Shown here piece after piece: positions 13,701 through 27,400 of a stretch of DNA of 64,000 bases. The position numbers were made by a program, and so were the translations under genes. Source of the DNA: Auanema rhodensis (taxonomy: Eukaryota; Animalia; Nematoda); assembly GCA_964057225.1 (NCBI GenBank), contig OZ059895.1, forward strand, positions 22,878,001-22,942,000. Reading direction: 5' to 3'. Each line of letters starts with the position of its first letter. Within the stretch, counting starts at the first letter, position 1. A model generated the notes under the pieces. It ran no database searches and was not told the DNA's origin. It saw only the letters and a list, made by a program, of their open reading frames with translations.

Positions 13701-15444
13701 TGTTGAGTGTACATGGAAACTCAACATACACTAATGCATCATTTTTCAAACGATCATAACTAATTTTTGTATTAAGCGTTTCTCCATGTAGTATAGTGCA
13801 TTCGATGCGGATTTTTAAGCTGCGTCGATCTGTGTTATCAGATTTGCGCTAGCTTAAAAATGCACCGAGATATCAACTGATATAAGTTCACACTTATATC
13901 CTCGATTTTCACCCTGAAGAATTAATTTTTTCGTTGAATAACATTGTCCATCGTCTTTGCCTTGAAAAAAGGAATCTAAAAACATCTACTTTTTGCTAAA
14001 TTATTTTGAAATTTTTCGAAAAAATTTTTGTCAAAATGTTTTTGGAAGCAATGTTGAGTGTACATGGAAACTCAACATACACTAATGCATCATTTTTCAA
14101 ACGATCATAACTAATTTTTGTATTAAGCGTTTCTCCATGTAGTATAGTGCATTCGATGCGGATTTTTAAGCTGCGTCGATCTGTGTTATCAGATTTGCGC
14201 TAGCTTAAAAATGCACCGAGATATCAACTGATATAAGTTCACACTTATATCCTCGATTTTCACCCTGAAGAATTAATTTTTTCGTTGAATAACAATGTCC
14301 ATCGTCTTTGCCTTGAAAAAAGAAATCTAAAAACATCTACTTCTTGCTAAATTATTTTGAAATTTTTCGAAAAAATTTTTGTCAAAATGTTTTTGGAAGC
14401 AATGTTGAGTGTACATGGAAACTCAACATACACTAATGCATCATTTTTCAAACGATCATAACTAATTTTTGTATTAAGCGTTTCTCCATGTAGTATAGTG
14501 CATTCGATGCGGATTTTTAAGCTGCGTCGATCTGTGTTATCAGATTTGCGCTAGCTTAAAAATGCACCGAGATATCAACTGATATAAGTTCACACTTATA
14601 TCCTCGATTTTCACCCTGAAGAATTAATTTTTTCGTTGAATAACAATGTCCATCGTCTTTGCCTTGAAAAAAGAAATCTAAAAACATCTACTTTTTGCTA
14701 AATTATTTTGAAATTTTTCGAAAAAATTTTTGTCAAAATGTTTTTGGAAGCAATGTTGAGTGTACATGGAAACTCAACATACACTAATGCATCATTTTTC
14801 AAACGATCATAACTAATTTTTGTATTAAGCGTTTCTCAATGTAGTATAGTGCATTCGATGCAGATTTTTAAGCTGCGTCGATCTGTGTTATCAGATTTGC
14901 GCTAGCTTAAAAATGCACCGAGATATCAACTGATATAAGTTCACACTTATATCCTCGATTTTCACCCTGAAGAATTAATTTTTTCGTTGAATAACATTGT
15001 CCATCGTCTTTGCCTTGAAAAAAGGAATCTAAAAACATCTACTTTTTGCTAAATTATTTTGAAATTTTTCGAAAAAATTTTTGTCAAAATGTTTTTGGAA
15101 GCAATGTTGAGTGTACATGGAAACTCAACATACACTAATGCATCATTTTTCAAACGATCATAACTAATTTTTGTATTAAGCGTTTCTCCATGTAGTATAG
15201 TGCATTCGATGCGGATTTTTAAGCTGCGTCGATCTGTGTTATCAGATTTGCGCTAGCTTAAAAATGCACCGAGATATCAACTGATATAAGTTCACACTTA
15301 TATCCTCGATTTTCACCCTGAAGAATTAATTTTTTCGTTGAATAACATTGTCCATCGTCTTTGCCTTGAAAAAAGGAATCTAAAAACATCTACTTTTTGC
15401 TAAATTATTTTGAAATTTTTCGAAAAAATTTTTGTCAAAATGTT
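1756..15444 (+). repeat. Higher-order duplication: 20-monomer unit (1756-8775) followed by a 19-monomer near-copy (8776-15444)
   Basis: The order of monomer subtypes 6-14 matches 26-34 (offset 7020), and 19-26 matches 38-45 (offset 6669). Rare markers agree: T46G+T234C at 4258/11278 and T303C at 7674/14343. Confidence 0.85.
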
Positions 15445-18400
15445 TTTGGAAGCAATGTTGAGTGTACATGGAAACTCAACATACACTAATGCATCATTTT
15501 TCAAACGATCATAACTAATTTTTGTATTAAGCGTTTCTCAATGTAGTATAGTGCATTCGATGCGGATTTTTAAGCTGCGTCGATCTGTGTTATCAGATTT
15601 GCGCTAGCTTAAAAATGCACCGAGATATCAACTGATATATGTTCACACTTATATCCTCGATTTTCACCCTGAAGAATTAATTTTTTCGTTGAATAACAAT
15701 GTCCATCGTCTTTGCCTTGAAAAAAGGAATCTAAAAACATCTACTTTTTGCTAAATTATTTCGAAATTTTTCGAAAAAATTTTTGTCAAAATGTTTTTGG
15801 AAGCAATGTTGAGTGTACATGGAAACTCAACATACACTAATGCATCATTTTTCAAACGATCATAACTAATTTTTGTATTAAGCGTTTCTCCATGTAGTAT
15901 AGTGCATTCGATGCGGATTTTTAAGCTGCGTCGATCTGTGTTATCAGATTTGCGCTAGCTTAAAAATGCACCGAGATATCAACTGATATAAGTTCACACT
16001 TATATCCTCGATTTTCACCCTGAAGAATTAATTTTTTCGTTGAATAACAATGTCCATCGTCTTTGCCTTGAAAAAAGAAATCTAAAAACATCTACTTTTT
16101 GCTAAATTATTTCGAAATTTTTCGAAAAAATTTTTGTCAAAATGTTTTTGGAAGCAATGTTGAGTGTACATGGAAACTCAACATACACTAATGCATCATT
16201 TTTCAAACGATCATAACTAATTTTTGTATTAAGCGTTTCTCCATGTAGTATAGTGCATTCGATGCGGATTTTTAAGCTGCGTCGATCTGTGTTATCAGAT
16301 TTGCGCTAGCTTAAAAATGCACCGAGATATCAACTGATATAAGTTCACACTTATATCCTCGATTTTCACCCTGAAGAATTAATTTTTTCGTTGAATAACA
16401 TTGTCCATCGTCTTTGCCTTGAAAAAAGGAATCTAAAAACATCTACTTTTTGCTAAATTATTTTGAAATTTTTCGAAAAAATTTTTGTCAAAATGTTTTT
16501 GGAAGCAATGTTGAGTGTACATGGAAACTCAACATACACTAATGCATCATTTTTCAAACGATCATAACTAATTTTTGTATTAAGCGTTTCTCCATGTAGT
16601 ATAGTGCATTCGATGCGGATTTTTAAGCTGCGTCGATCTGTGTTATCAGATTTGCGCTAGCTTAAAAATGCACCGAGATATCAACTGATATAAGTTCACA
16701 CTTATATCCTCGATTTTCACCCTGAAGAATTAATTTTTTCGTTGAATAACATTGTCCATCGTCTTTGCCTTGAAAAAAGGAATCTAAAAACATCTACTTT
16801 TTGCTAAATTATTTTGAAATTTTTCGAAAAAATTTTTGTCAAAATGTTTTTGGAAGCAATGTTGAGTGTACATGGAAACTCAACATACACTAATGCATCA
16901 TTTTTCAAACGATCATAACTAATTTTTGTATTAAGCGTTTCTCCATGTAGTATAGTGCATTCGATGCGGATTTTTAAGCTGCGTCGATCTGTGTTATCAG
17001 ATTTGCGCTAGCTTAAAAATGCACCGAGATATCAACTGATATATGTTCACACTTATATCCTCGATTTTCACCCTGAAGAATTAATTTTTTCGTTGAATAA
17101 CAATGTCCATCGTCTTTGCCTTGAAAAAAGGAATCTAAAAACATCTACTTTTTGCTAAATTATTTTGAAATTTTTCGAAAAAATTTTTGTCAAAATGTTT
17201 TTGGAAGCAATGTTGAGTGTACATGGAAACTCAACATACACTAATGCATCATTTTTCAAACGATCATAACTAATTTTTGTATTAAGCGTTTCTCCATGTA
17301 GTATAGTGCATTCGATGCGGATTTTTAAGCTGCGTCGATCTGTGTTATCAGATTTGCGCTAGCTTAAAAATGCACCGAGATATCAACTGATATAAGTTCA
17401 CACTTATATCCTCGATTTTCACCCTGAAGAATTAATTTTTTCGTTGAATAACAATGTCCATCGTCTTTGCCTTGAAAAAAGGAATCTAAAAACATCTACT
17501 TTTTGCTAAATTATTTTGAAATTTTTCGAAAAAATTTTTGTCAAAATGTTTTTGGAAGCAATGTTGAGTGTACATGGAAACTCAACATACACTAATGCAT
17601 CATTTTTCAAACGATCATAACTAATTTTTGTATTAAGCGTTTCTCAATGTAGTATAGTGCATTCGATGCGGATTTTTAAGCTGCGTCGATCTGTGTTATC
17701 AGATTTGCGCTAGCTTAAAAATGCACCGAGATATCAACTGATATATGTTCACACTTATATCCTCGATTTTCACCCTGAAGAATTAATTTTTTCGTTGAAT
17801 AACAATGTCCATCGTCTTTGCCTTGAAAAAAGGAATCTAAAAACATCTACTTTTTGCTAAATTATTTTGAAATTTTTCGAAAAAATTTTTGTCAAAATGT
17901 TTTTGGAAGCAATGTTGAGTGTACATGGAAACTCAACATACACTAATGCATCATTTTTCAAACGATCATAACTAATTTTTGTATTAAGCGTTTCTCAATG
18001 TAGTATAGTGCATTCGATGCGGATTTTTAAGCTGCGTCGATCTGTGTTATCAGATTTGCGCTAGCTTAAAAATGCACCGAGATATCAACTGATATATGTT
18101 CACACTTATATCCTCGATTTTCACCCTGAAGAATTAATTTTTTCGTTGAATAACAATGTCCATCGTCTTTGCCTTGAAAAAAGGAATCTAAAAACATCTA
18201 CTTTTTGCTAAATTATTTCGAAATTTTTCGAAAAAATTTTTGTCAAAATGTTTTTGGAAGCAATGTTGAGTGTACATGGAAACTCAACATACACTAATGC
18301 ATCATTTTTCAAACGATCATAACTAATTTTTGTATTAAGCGTTTCTCCATGTAGTATAGTGCATTCGATGCGGATTTTTAAGCTGCGTCGATCTGTGTTA

Positions 18401-21400
18401 TCAGATTTGCGCTAGCTTAAAAATGCACCGAGATATCAACTGATATAAGTTCACACTTATATCCTCGATTTTCACCCTGAAGAATTAATTTTTTCGTTGA
18501 ATAACAATGTCCATCGTCTTTGCCTTAAAAAAAGAAATCTAAAAACATCTACTTCTTGCTAAATTATTTTGAAATTTTTCGAAAAAATTTTTGTCAAAAT
18601 GTTTTTGGAAGCAATGTTGAGTGTACATGGAAACTCAACATACACTAATGCATCATTTTTCAAACGATCATAACTAATTTTTGTATTAAGCGTTTCTCCA
18701 TGTAGTATAGTGCATTCGATGCGGATTTTTAAGCTGCGTCGATCTGTGTTATCAGATTTGCGCTAGCTTAAAAATGCACCGAGATATCAACTGATATAAG
18801 TTCACACTTATATCCTCGATTTTCACCCTGAAGAATTAATTTTTTCGTTGAATAACATTGTCCATCGTCTTTGCCTTGAAAAAAGGAATCTAAAAACATC
18901 TACTTTTTGCTAAATTATTTTGAAATTTTTCGAAAAAATTTTTGTCAAAATGTTTTTGGAAGCAATGTTGAGTGTACATGGAAACTCAACATACACTAAT
19001 GCATCATTTTTCAAACGATCATAACTAATTTTTGTATTAAGCGTTTCTCCATGTAGTATAGTGCATTCGATGCGGATTTTTAAGCTGCGTCGATCTGTGT
19101 TATCAGATTTGCGCTAGCTTAAAAATGCACCGAGATATCAACTGATATAAGTTCACACTTATATCCTCGATTTTCACCCTGAAGAATTAATTTTTTCGTT
19201 GAATAACATTGTCCATCGTCTTTGCCTTAAAAAAAGAAATCTAAAAACATCTACTTCTTGCTAAATTATTTTGAAATTTTTCGAAAAAATTTTTGTCAAA
19301 ATGTTTTTGGAAGCAATGTTGAGTGTACATGGAAACTCAACATACACTAATGCATCATTTTTCAAACGATCATAACTAATTTTTGTATTAAGCGTTTCTC
19401 CATGTAGTATAGTGCATTCGATGCGGATTTTTAAGCTGCGTCGATCTGTGTTATCAGATTTGCGCTAGCTTAAAAATGCACCGAGATATCAACTGATATA
19501 TGTTCACACTTATATCCTCGATTTTCACCCTGAAGAATTAATTTTTTCGTTGAATAACAATGTCCATCGTCTTTGCCTTGAAAAAAGGAATCTAAAAACA
19601 TCTACTTTTTGCTAAATTATTTTGAAATTTTTCGAAAAAATTTTTGTCAAAATGTTTTTGGAAGCAATGTTGAGTGTACATGGAAACTCAACATACACTA
19701 ATGCATCATTTTTCAAACGATCATAACTAATTTTTGTATTAAGCGTTTCTCCATGTAGTATAGTGCATTCGATGCGGATTTTTAAGCTGCGTCGATCTGT
19801 GTTATCAGATTTGCGCTAGCTTAAAAATGCACCGAGATATCAACTGATATAAGTTCACACTTATATCCTCGATTTTCACCCTGAAGAATTAATTTTTTCG
19901 TTGAATAACAATGTCCATCGTCTTTGCCTTGAAAAAAAGAATCTAAAAACATCTACTTTTTGCTAAATTATTTTGAAATTTTTCGAAAAAATTTTTGTCA
20001 AAATGTTTTTGGAAGCAATGTTGAGTGTACATGGAAACTCAACATACACTAATGCATCATTTTTCAAACGATCATAACTAATTTTTGTATTAAGCGTTTC
20101 TCAATGTAGTATAGTGCATTCGATGCGGATTTTTAAGCTGCGTCGATCTGTGTTATCAGATTTGCGCTAGCTTAAAAATGCACCGAGATATCAACTGATA
20201 TATGTTCACACTTATATCCTCGATTTTCACCCTGAAGAATTAATTTTTTCGTTGAATAACAATGTCCATCGTCTTTGCCTTGAAAAAAGGAATCTAAAAA
20301 CATCTACTTTTTGCTAAATTATTTTGAAATTTTTCGAAAAAATTTTTGTCAAAATGTTTTTGGAAGCAATGTTGAGTGTACATGGAAACTCAACATACAC
20401 TAATGCATCATTTTTCAAACGATCATAACTAATTTTTGTATTAAGCGTTTCTCCATGTAGTATAGTGCATTCGATGCGGATTTTTAAGCTGCGTCGATCT
20501 GTGTTATCAGATTTGCGCTAGCTTAAAAATGCACCGAGATATCAACTGATATAAGTTCACACTTATATCCTCGATTTTCACCCTGAAGAATTAATTTTTT
20601 CGTTGAATAACAATGTCCATCGTCTTTGCCTTGAAAAAAGGAATCTAAAAACATCTACTTTTTGCTAAATTATTTTGAAATTTTTCGAAAAAATTTTTGT
20701 CAAAATGTTTTTGGAAGCAATGTTGAGTGTACATGGAAACTCAACATACACTAATGCATCATTTTTCAAACGATCATAACTAATTTTTGTATTAAGCGTT
20801 TCTCCATGTAGTATAGTGCATTCGATGCGGATTTTTAAGCTGCGTCGATCTGTGTTATCAGATTTGCGCTAGCTTAAAAATGCACCGAGATATCAACTGA
20901 TATAAGTTCACACTTATATCCTCGATTTTCACCCTGAAGAATTAATTTTTTCGTTGAATAACAATGTCCATCGTCTTTGCCTTAAAAAAAGAAATCTAAA
21001 AACATCTACTTTTTGCTAAATTATTTTGAAATTTTTCGAAAAAATTTTTGTCAAAATGTTTTTGGAAGCAATGTTGAGTGTACATGGAAACTCAACATAC
21101 ACTAATGCATCATTTTTCAAACGATCATAACTAATTTTTGTATTAAGCGTTTCTCCATGTAGTATAGTGCATTCGATGCGGATTTTTAAGCTGCGTCGAT
21201 CTGTGTTATCAGATTTGCGCTAGCTTAAAAATGCACCGAGATATCAACTGATATAAGTTCACACTTATATCCTCGATTTTCACCCTGAAGAATTAATTTT
21301 TTCGTTGAATAACAATGTCCATCGTCTTTGCCTTAAAAAAAGAAATCTAAAAACATCTACTTTTTGCTAAATTATTTTGAAATTTTTCGAAAAAATTTTT

Positions 21401-24400
21401 GTCAAAATGTTTTTGGAAGCAATGTTGAGTGTACATGGAAACTCAACATACACTAATGCATCATTTTTCAAACGATCATAACTAATTTTTGTATTAAGCG
21501 TTTCTCCATGTAGTATAGTGCATTCGATGCGGATTTTTAAGCTGCGTCGATCTGTGTTATCAGATTTGCGCTAGCTTAAAAATGCACCGAGATATCAACT
21601 GATATAAGTTCACACTTATATCCTCGATTTTCACCCTGAAGAATTAATTTTTTCGTTGAATAACATTGTCCATCGTCTTTGCCTTGAAAAAAGGAATCTA
21701 AAAACATCTACTTCTTGCTAAATTATTTTGAAATTTTTCGAAAAAATTTTTGTCAAAATGTTTTTGGAAGCAATGTTGAGTGTACATGGAAACTCAACAT
21801 ACACTAATGCATCATTTTTCAAACGATCATAACTAATTTTTGTATTAAGCGTTTCTCCATGTAGTATAGTGCATTCGATGCGGATTTTTAAGCTGCGTCG
21901 ATCTGTGTTATCAGATTTGCGCTAGCTTAAAAATGCACCGAGATATCAACTGATATAAGTTCACACTTATATCCTCGATTTTCACCCTGAAGAATTAATT
22001 TTTTCGTTGAATAACATTGTCCATCGTCTTTGCCTTGAAAAAAGGAATCTAAAAACATCTACTTTTTGCTAAATTATTTTGAAATTTTTCGAAAAAATTT
22101 TTGTCAAAATGTTTTTGGAAGCAATGTTGAGTGTACATGGAAACTCAACATACACTAATGCATCATTTTTCAAACGATCATAACTAATTTTTGTATTAAG
22201 CGTTTCTCCATGTAGTATAGTGCATTCGATGCGGATTTTTAAGCTGCGTCGATCTGTGTTATCAGATTTGCGCTAGCTTAAAAATGCACCGAGATATCAA
22301 CTGATATAAGTTCACACTTATATCCTCGATTTTCACCCTGAAGAATTAATTTTTTCGTTGAATAACAATGTCCATCGTCTTTGCCTTGAAAAAAAGAATC
22401 TAAAAACATCTACTTTTTGCTAAATTATTTTGAAATTTTTCGAAAAAATTTTTGTCAAAATGTTTTTGGAAGCAATGTTGAGTGTACATGGAAACTCAAC
22501 ATACACTAATGCATCATTTTTCAAACGATCATAACTAATTTTTGTATTAAGCGTTTCTCAATGTAGTATAGTGCATTCGATGCGGATTTTTAAGCTGCGT
22601 CGATCTGTGTTATCAGATTTGCGCTAGCTTAAAAATGCACCGAGATATCAACTGATATAAGTTCACACTTATATCCTCGATTTTCACCCTGAAGAATTAA
22701 TTTTTTCGTTGAATAACAATGTCCATCGTCTTTGCCTTAAAAAAAGGAATCTAAAAACATCTACTTTTTGCTAAATTATTTCGAAATTTTTCGAAAAAAT
22801 TTTTGTCAAAATGTTTTTGGAAGCAATGTTGAGTGTACATGGAAACTCAACATACACTAATGCATCATTTTTCAAACGATCATAACTAATTTTTGTATTA
22901 AGCGTTTCTCCATGTAGTATAGTGCATTCGATGCGGATTTTTAAGCTGCGTCGATCTGTGTTATCAGATTTGCGCTAGCTTAAAAATGCACCGAGATATC
23001 AACTGATATAAGTTCACACTTATATCCTCGATTTTCACCCTGAAGAATTAATTTTTTCGTTGAATAACAATGTCCATCGTCTTTGCCTTAAAAAAAGAAA
23101 TCTAAAAACATCTACTTCTTGCTAAATTATTTTGAAATTTTTCGAAAAAATTTTTGTCAAAATGTTTTTGGAAGCAATGTTGAGTGTACATGGAAACTCA
23201 ACATACACTAATGCATCATTTTTCAAACGATCATAACTAATTTTTGTATTAAGCGTTTCTCCATGTAGTATAGTGCATTCGATGCGGATTTTTAAGCTGC
23301 GTCGATCTGTGTTATCAGATTTGCGCTAGCTTAAAAATGCACCGAGATATCAACTGATATAAGTTCACACTTATATCCTCGATTTTCACCCTGAAGAATT
23401 AATTTTTTCGTTGAATAACATTGTCCATCGTCTTTGCCTTGAAAAAAGGAATCTAAAAACATCTACTTTTTGCTAAATTATTTTGAAATTTTTCGAAAAA
23501 ATTTTTGTCAAAATGTTTTTGGAAGCAATGTTGAGTGTACATGGAAACTCAACATACACTAATGCATCATTTTTCAAACGATCATAACTAATTTTTGTAT
23601 TAAGCGTTTCTCCATGTAGTATAGTGCATTCGATGCGGATTTTTAAGCTGCGTCGATCTGTGTTATCAGATTTGCGCTAGCTTAAAAATGCACCGAGATA
23701 TCAACTGATATAAGTTCACACTTATATCCTCGATTTTCACCCTGAAGAATTAATTTTTTCGTTGAATAACAATGTCCATCGTCTTTGCCTTGAAAAAAAG
23801 AATCTAAAAACATCTACTTTTTGCTAAATTATTTTGAAATTTTTCGAAAAAATTTTTGTCAAAATGTTTTTGGAAGCAATGTTGAGTGTACATGGAAACT
23901 CAACATACACTAATGCATCATTTTTCAAACGATCATAACTAATTTTTGTATTAAGCGTTTCTCCATGTAGTATAGTGCATTCGATGCGGATTTTTAAGCT
24001 GCGTCGATCTGTGTTATCAGATTTGCGCTAGCTTAAAAATGCACCGAGATATCAACTGATATAAGTTCACACTTATATCCTCGATTTTCACCCTGAAGAA
24101 TTAATTTTTTCGTTGAATAACATTGTCCATCGTCTTTGCCTTAAAAAAAGAAATCTAAAAACATCTACTTCTTGCTAAATTATTTTGAAATTTTTCGAAA
24201 AAATTTTTGTCAAAATGTTTTTGGAAGCAATGTTGAGTGTACATGGAAACTCAACATACACTAATGCATCATTTTTCAAACGATCATAACTAATTTTTGT
24301 ATTAAGCGTTTCTCCATGTAGTATAGTGCATTCGATGCGGATTTTTAAGCTGCGTCGATCTGTGTTATCAGATTTGCGCTAGCTTAAAAATGCACCGAGA

Positions 24401-27400
24401 TATCAACTGATATAAGTTCACACTTATATCCTCGATTTTCACCCTGAAGAATTAATTTTTTCGTTGAATAACATTGTCCATCGTCTTTGCCTTGAAAAAA
24501 GGAATCTAAAAACATCTACTTTTTGCTAAATTATTTTGAAATTTTTCGAAAAAATTTTTGTCAAAATGTTTTTGGAAGCAATGTTGAGTGTACATGGAAA
24601 CTCAACATACACTAATGCATCATTTTTCAAACGATCATAACTAATTTTTGTATTAAGCGTTTCTCCATGTAGTATAGTGCATTCGATGCGGATTTTTAAG
24701 CTGCGTCGATCTGTGTTATCAGATTTGCGCTAGCTTAAAAATGCACCGAGATATCAACTGATATATGTTCACACTTATATCCTCGATTTTCACCCTGAAG
24801 AATTAATTTTTTCGTTGAATAACAATGTCCATCGTCTTTGCCTTGAAAAAAAGAATCTAAAAACATCTACTTTTTGCTAAATTATTTTGAAATTTTTCGA
24901 AAAAATTTTTGTCAAAATGTTTTTGGAAGCAATGTTGAGTGTACATGGAAACTCAACATACACTAATGCATCATTTTTCAAACGATCATAACTAATTTTT
25001 GTATTAAGCGTCTCTCAATGTAGTATAGTGCATTCGATGCGGATTTTTAAGCTGCGTCGATCTGTGTTATCAGATTTGCGCTAGCTTAAAAATGCACCGA
25101 GATATCAACTGATATATGTTCACACTTATATCCTCGATTTTCACCCTGAAGAATTAATTTTTTCGTTGAATAACAATGTCCATCGTCTTTGCCTTGAAAA
25201 AAGGAATCTAAAAACATCTACTTTTTGCTAAATTATTTCGAAATTTTTCGAAAAAATTTTTGTCAAAATGTTTTTGGAAGCAATGTTGAGTGTACATGGA
25301 AACTCAACATACACTAATGCATCATTTTTCAAACGATCATAACTAATTTTTGTATTAAGCGTCTCTCAATGTAGTATAGTGCATTCGATGCGGATTTTTA
25401 AGCTGCGTCGATCTGTGTTATCAGATTTGCGCTAGCTTAAAAATGCACCGAGATATCAACTGATATATGTTCACACTTATATCCTCGATTTTCACCCTGA
25501 AGAATTAATTTTTTCGTTGAATAACAATGTCCATCGTCTTTGCCTTGAAAAAAGGAATCTAAAAACATCTACTTTTTGCTAAATTATTTCGAAATTTTTC
25601 GAAAAAATTTTTGTCAAAATGTTTTTGGAAGCAATGTTGAGTGTACATGGAAACTCAACATACACTAATGCATCATTTTTCAAACGATCATAACTAATTT
25701 TTGTATTAAGCGTTTCTCAATGTAGTATAGTGCATTCGATGCGGATTTTTAAGCTGCGTCGATCTGTGTTATCAGATTTGCGCTAGCTTAAAAATGCACC
25801 GAGATATCAACTGATATAAGTTCACACTTATATCCTCGATTTTCACCCTGAAGAATTAATTTTTTCGTTGAATAACAATGTCCATCGTCTTTGCCTTAAA
25901 AAAAGAAATCTAAAAACATCTACTTCTTGCTAAATTATTTTGAAATTTTTCGAAAAAATTTTTGTCAAAATGTTTTTGGAAGCAATGTTGAGTGTACATG
26001 GAAACTCAACATACACTAATGCATCATTTTTCAAACGATCATAACTAATTTTTGTATTAAGCGTTTCTCCATGTAGTATAGTGCATTCGATGCGGATTTT
26101 TAAGCTGCGTCGATCTGTGTTATCAGATTTGCGCTAGCTTAAAAATGCACCGAGATATCAACTGATATAAGTTCACACTTATATCCTCGATTTTCACCCT
26201 GAAGAATTAATTTTTTCGTTGAATAACATTGTCCATCGTCTTTGCCTTGAAAAAAGGAATCTAAAAACATCTACTTTTTGCTAAATTATTTTGAAATTTT
26301 TCGAAAAAATTTTTGTCAAAATGTTTTTGGAAGCAATGTTGAGTGTACATGGAAACTCAACATACACTAATGCATCATTTTTCAAACGATCATAACTAAT
26401 TTTTGTATTAAGCGTTTCTCCATGTAGTATAGTGCATTCGATGCGGATTTTTAAGCTGCGTCGATCTGTGTTATCAGATTTGCGCTAGCTTAAAAATGCA
26501 CCGAGATATCAACTGATATAAGTTCACACTTATATCCTCGATTTTCACCCTGAAGAATTAATTTTTTCGTTGAATAACAATGTCCATCGTCTTTGCCTTG
26601 AAAAAAGGAATCTAAAAACATCTACTTTTTGCTAAATTATTTTGAAATTTTTCGAAAAAATTTTTGTCAAAATGTTTTTGGAAGCAATGTTGAGTGTACA
26701 TGGAAACTCAACATACACTAATGCATCATTTTTCAAACGATCATAACTAATTTTTGTATTAAGCGTTTCTCAATGTAGTATAGTGCATTCGATGCGGATT
26801 TTTAAGCTGCGTCGATCTGTGTTATCAGATTTGCGCTAGCTTAAAAATGCACCGAGATATCAACTGATATATGTTCACACTTATATCCTCGATTTTCACC
26901 CTGAAGAATTAATTTTTTCGTTGAATAACAATGTCCATCGTCTTTGCCTTGAAAAAAGGAATCTAAAAACATCTACTTTTTGCTAAATTATTTCGAAATT
27001 TTTCGAAAAAATTTTTGTCAAAATGTTTTTGGAAGCAATGTTGAGTGTACATGGAAACTCAACATACACTAATGCATCATTTTTCAAACGATCATAACTA
27101 ATTTTTGTATTAAGCGTTTCTCAATGTAGTATAGTGCATTCGATGCGGATTTTTAAGCTGCGTCGATCTGTGTTATCAGATTTGCGCTAGCTTAAAAATG
27201 CACCGAGATATCAACTGATATAAGTTCACACTTATATCCTCGATTTTCACCCTGAAGAATTAATTTTTTCGTTGAATAACAATGTCCATCGTCTTTGCCT
27301 TAAAAAAAGAAATCAAAAAACATCTACTTCTTGCTAAATTATTTTGAAATTTTTCGAAAAAATTTTTGTCAAAATGTTTTTGGAAGCAATGTTGAGTGTA

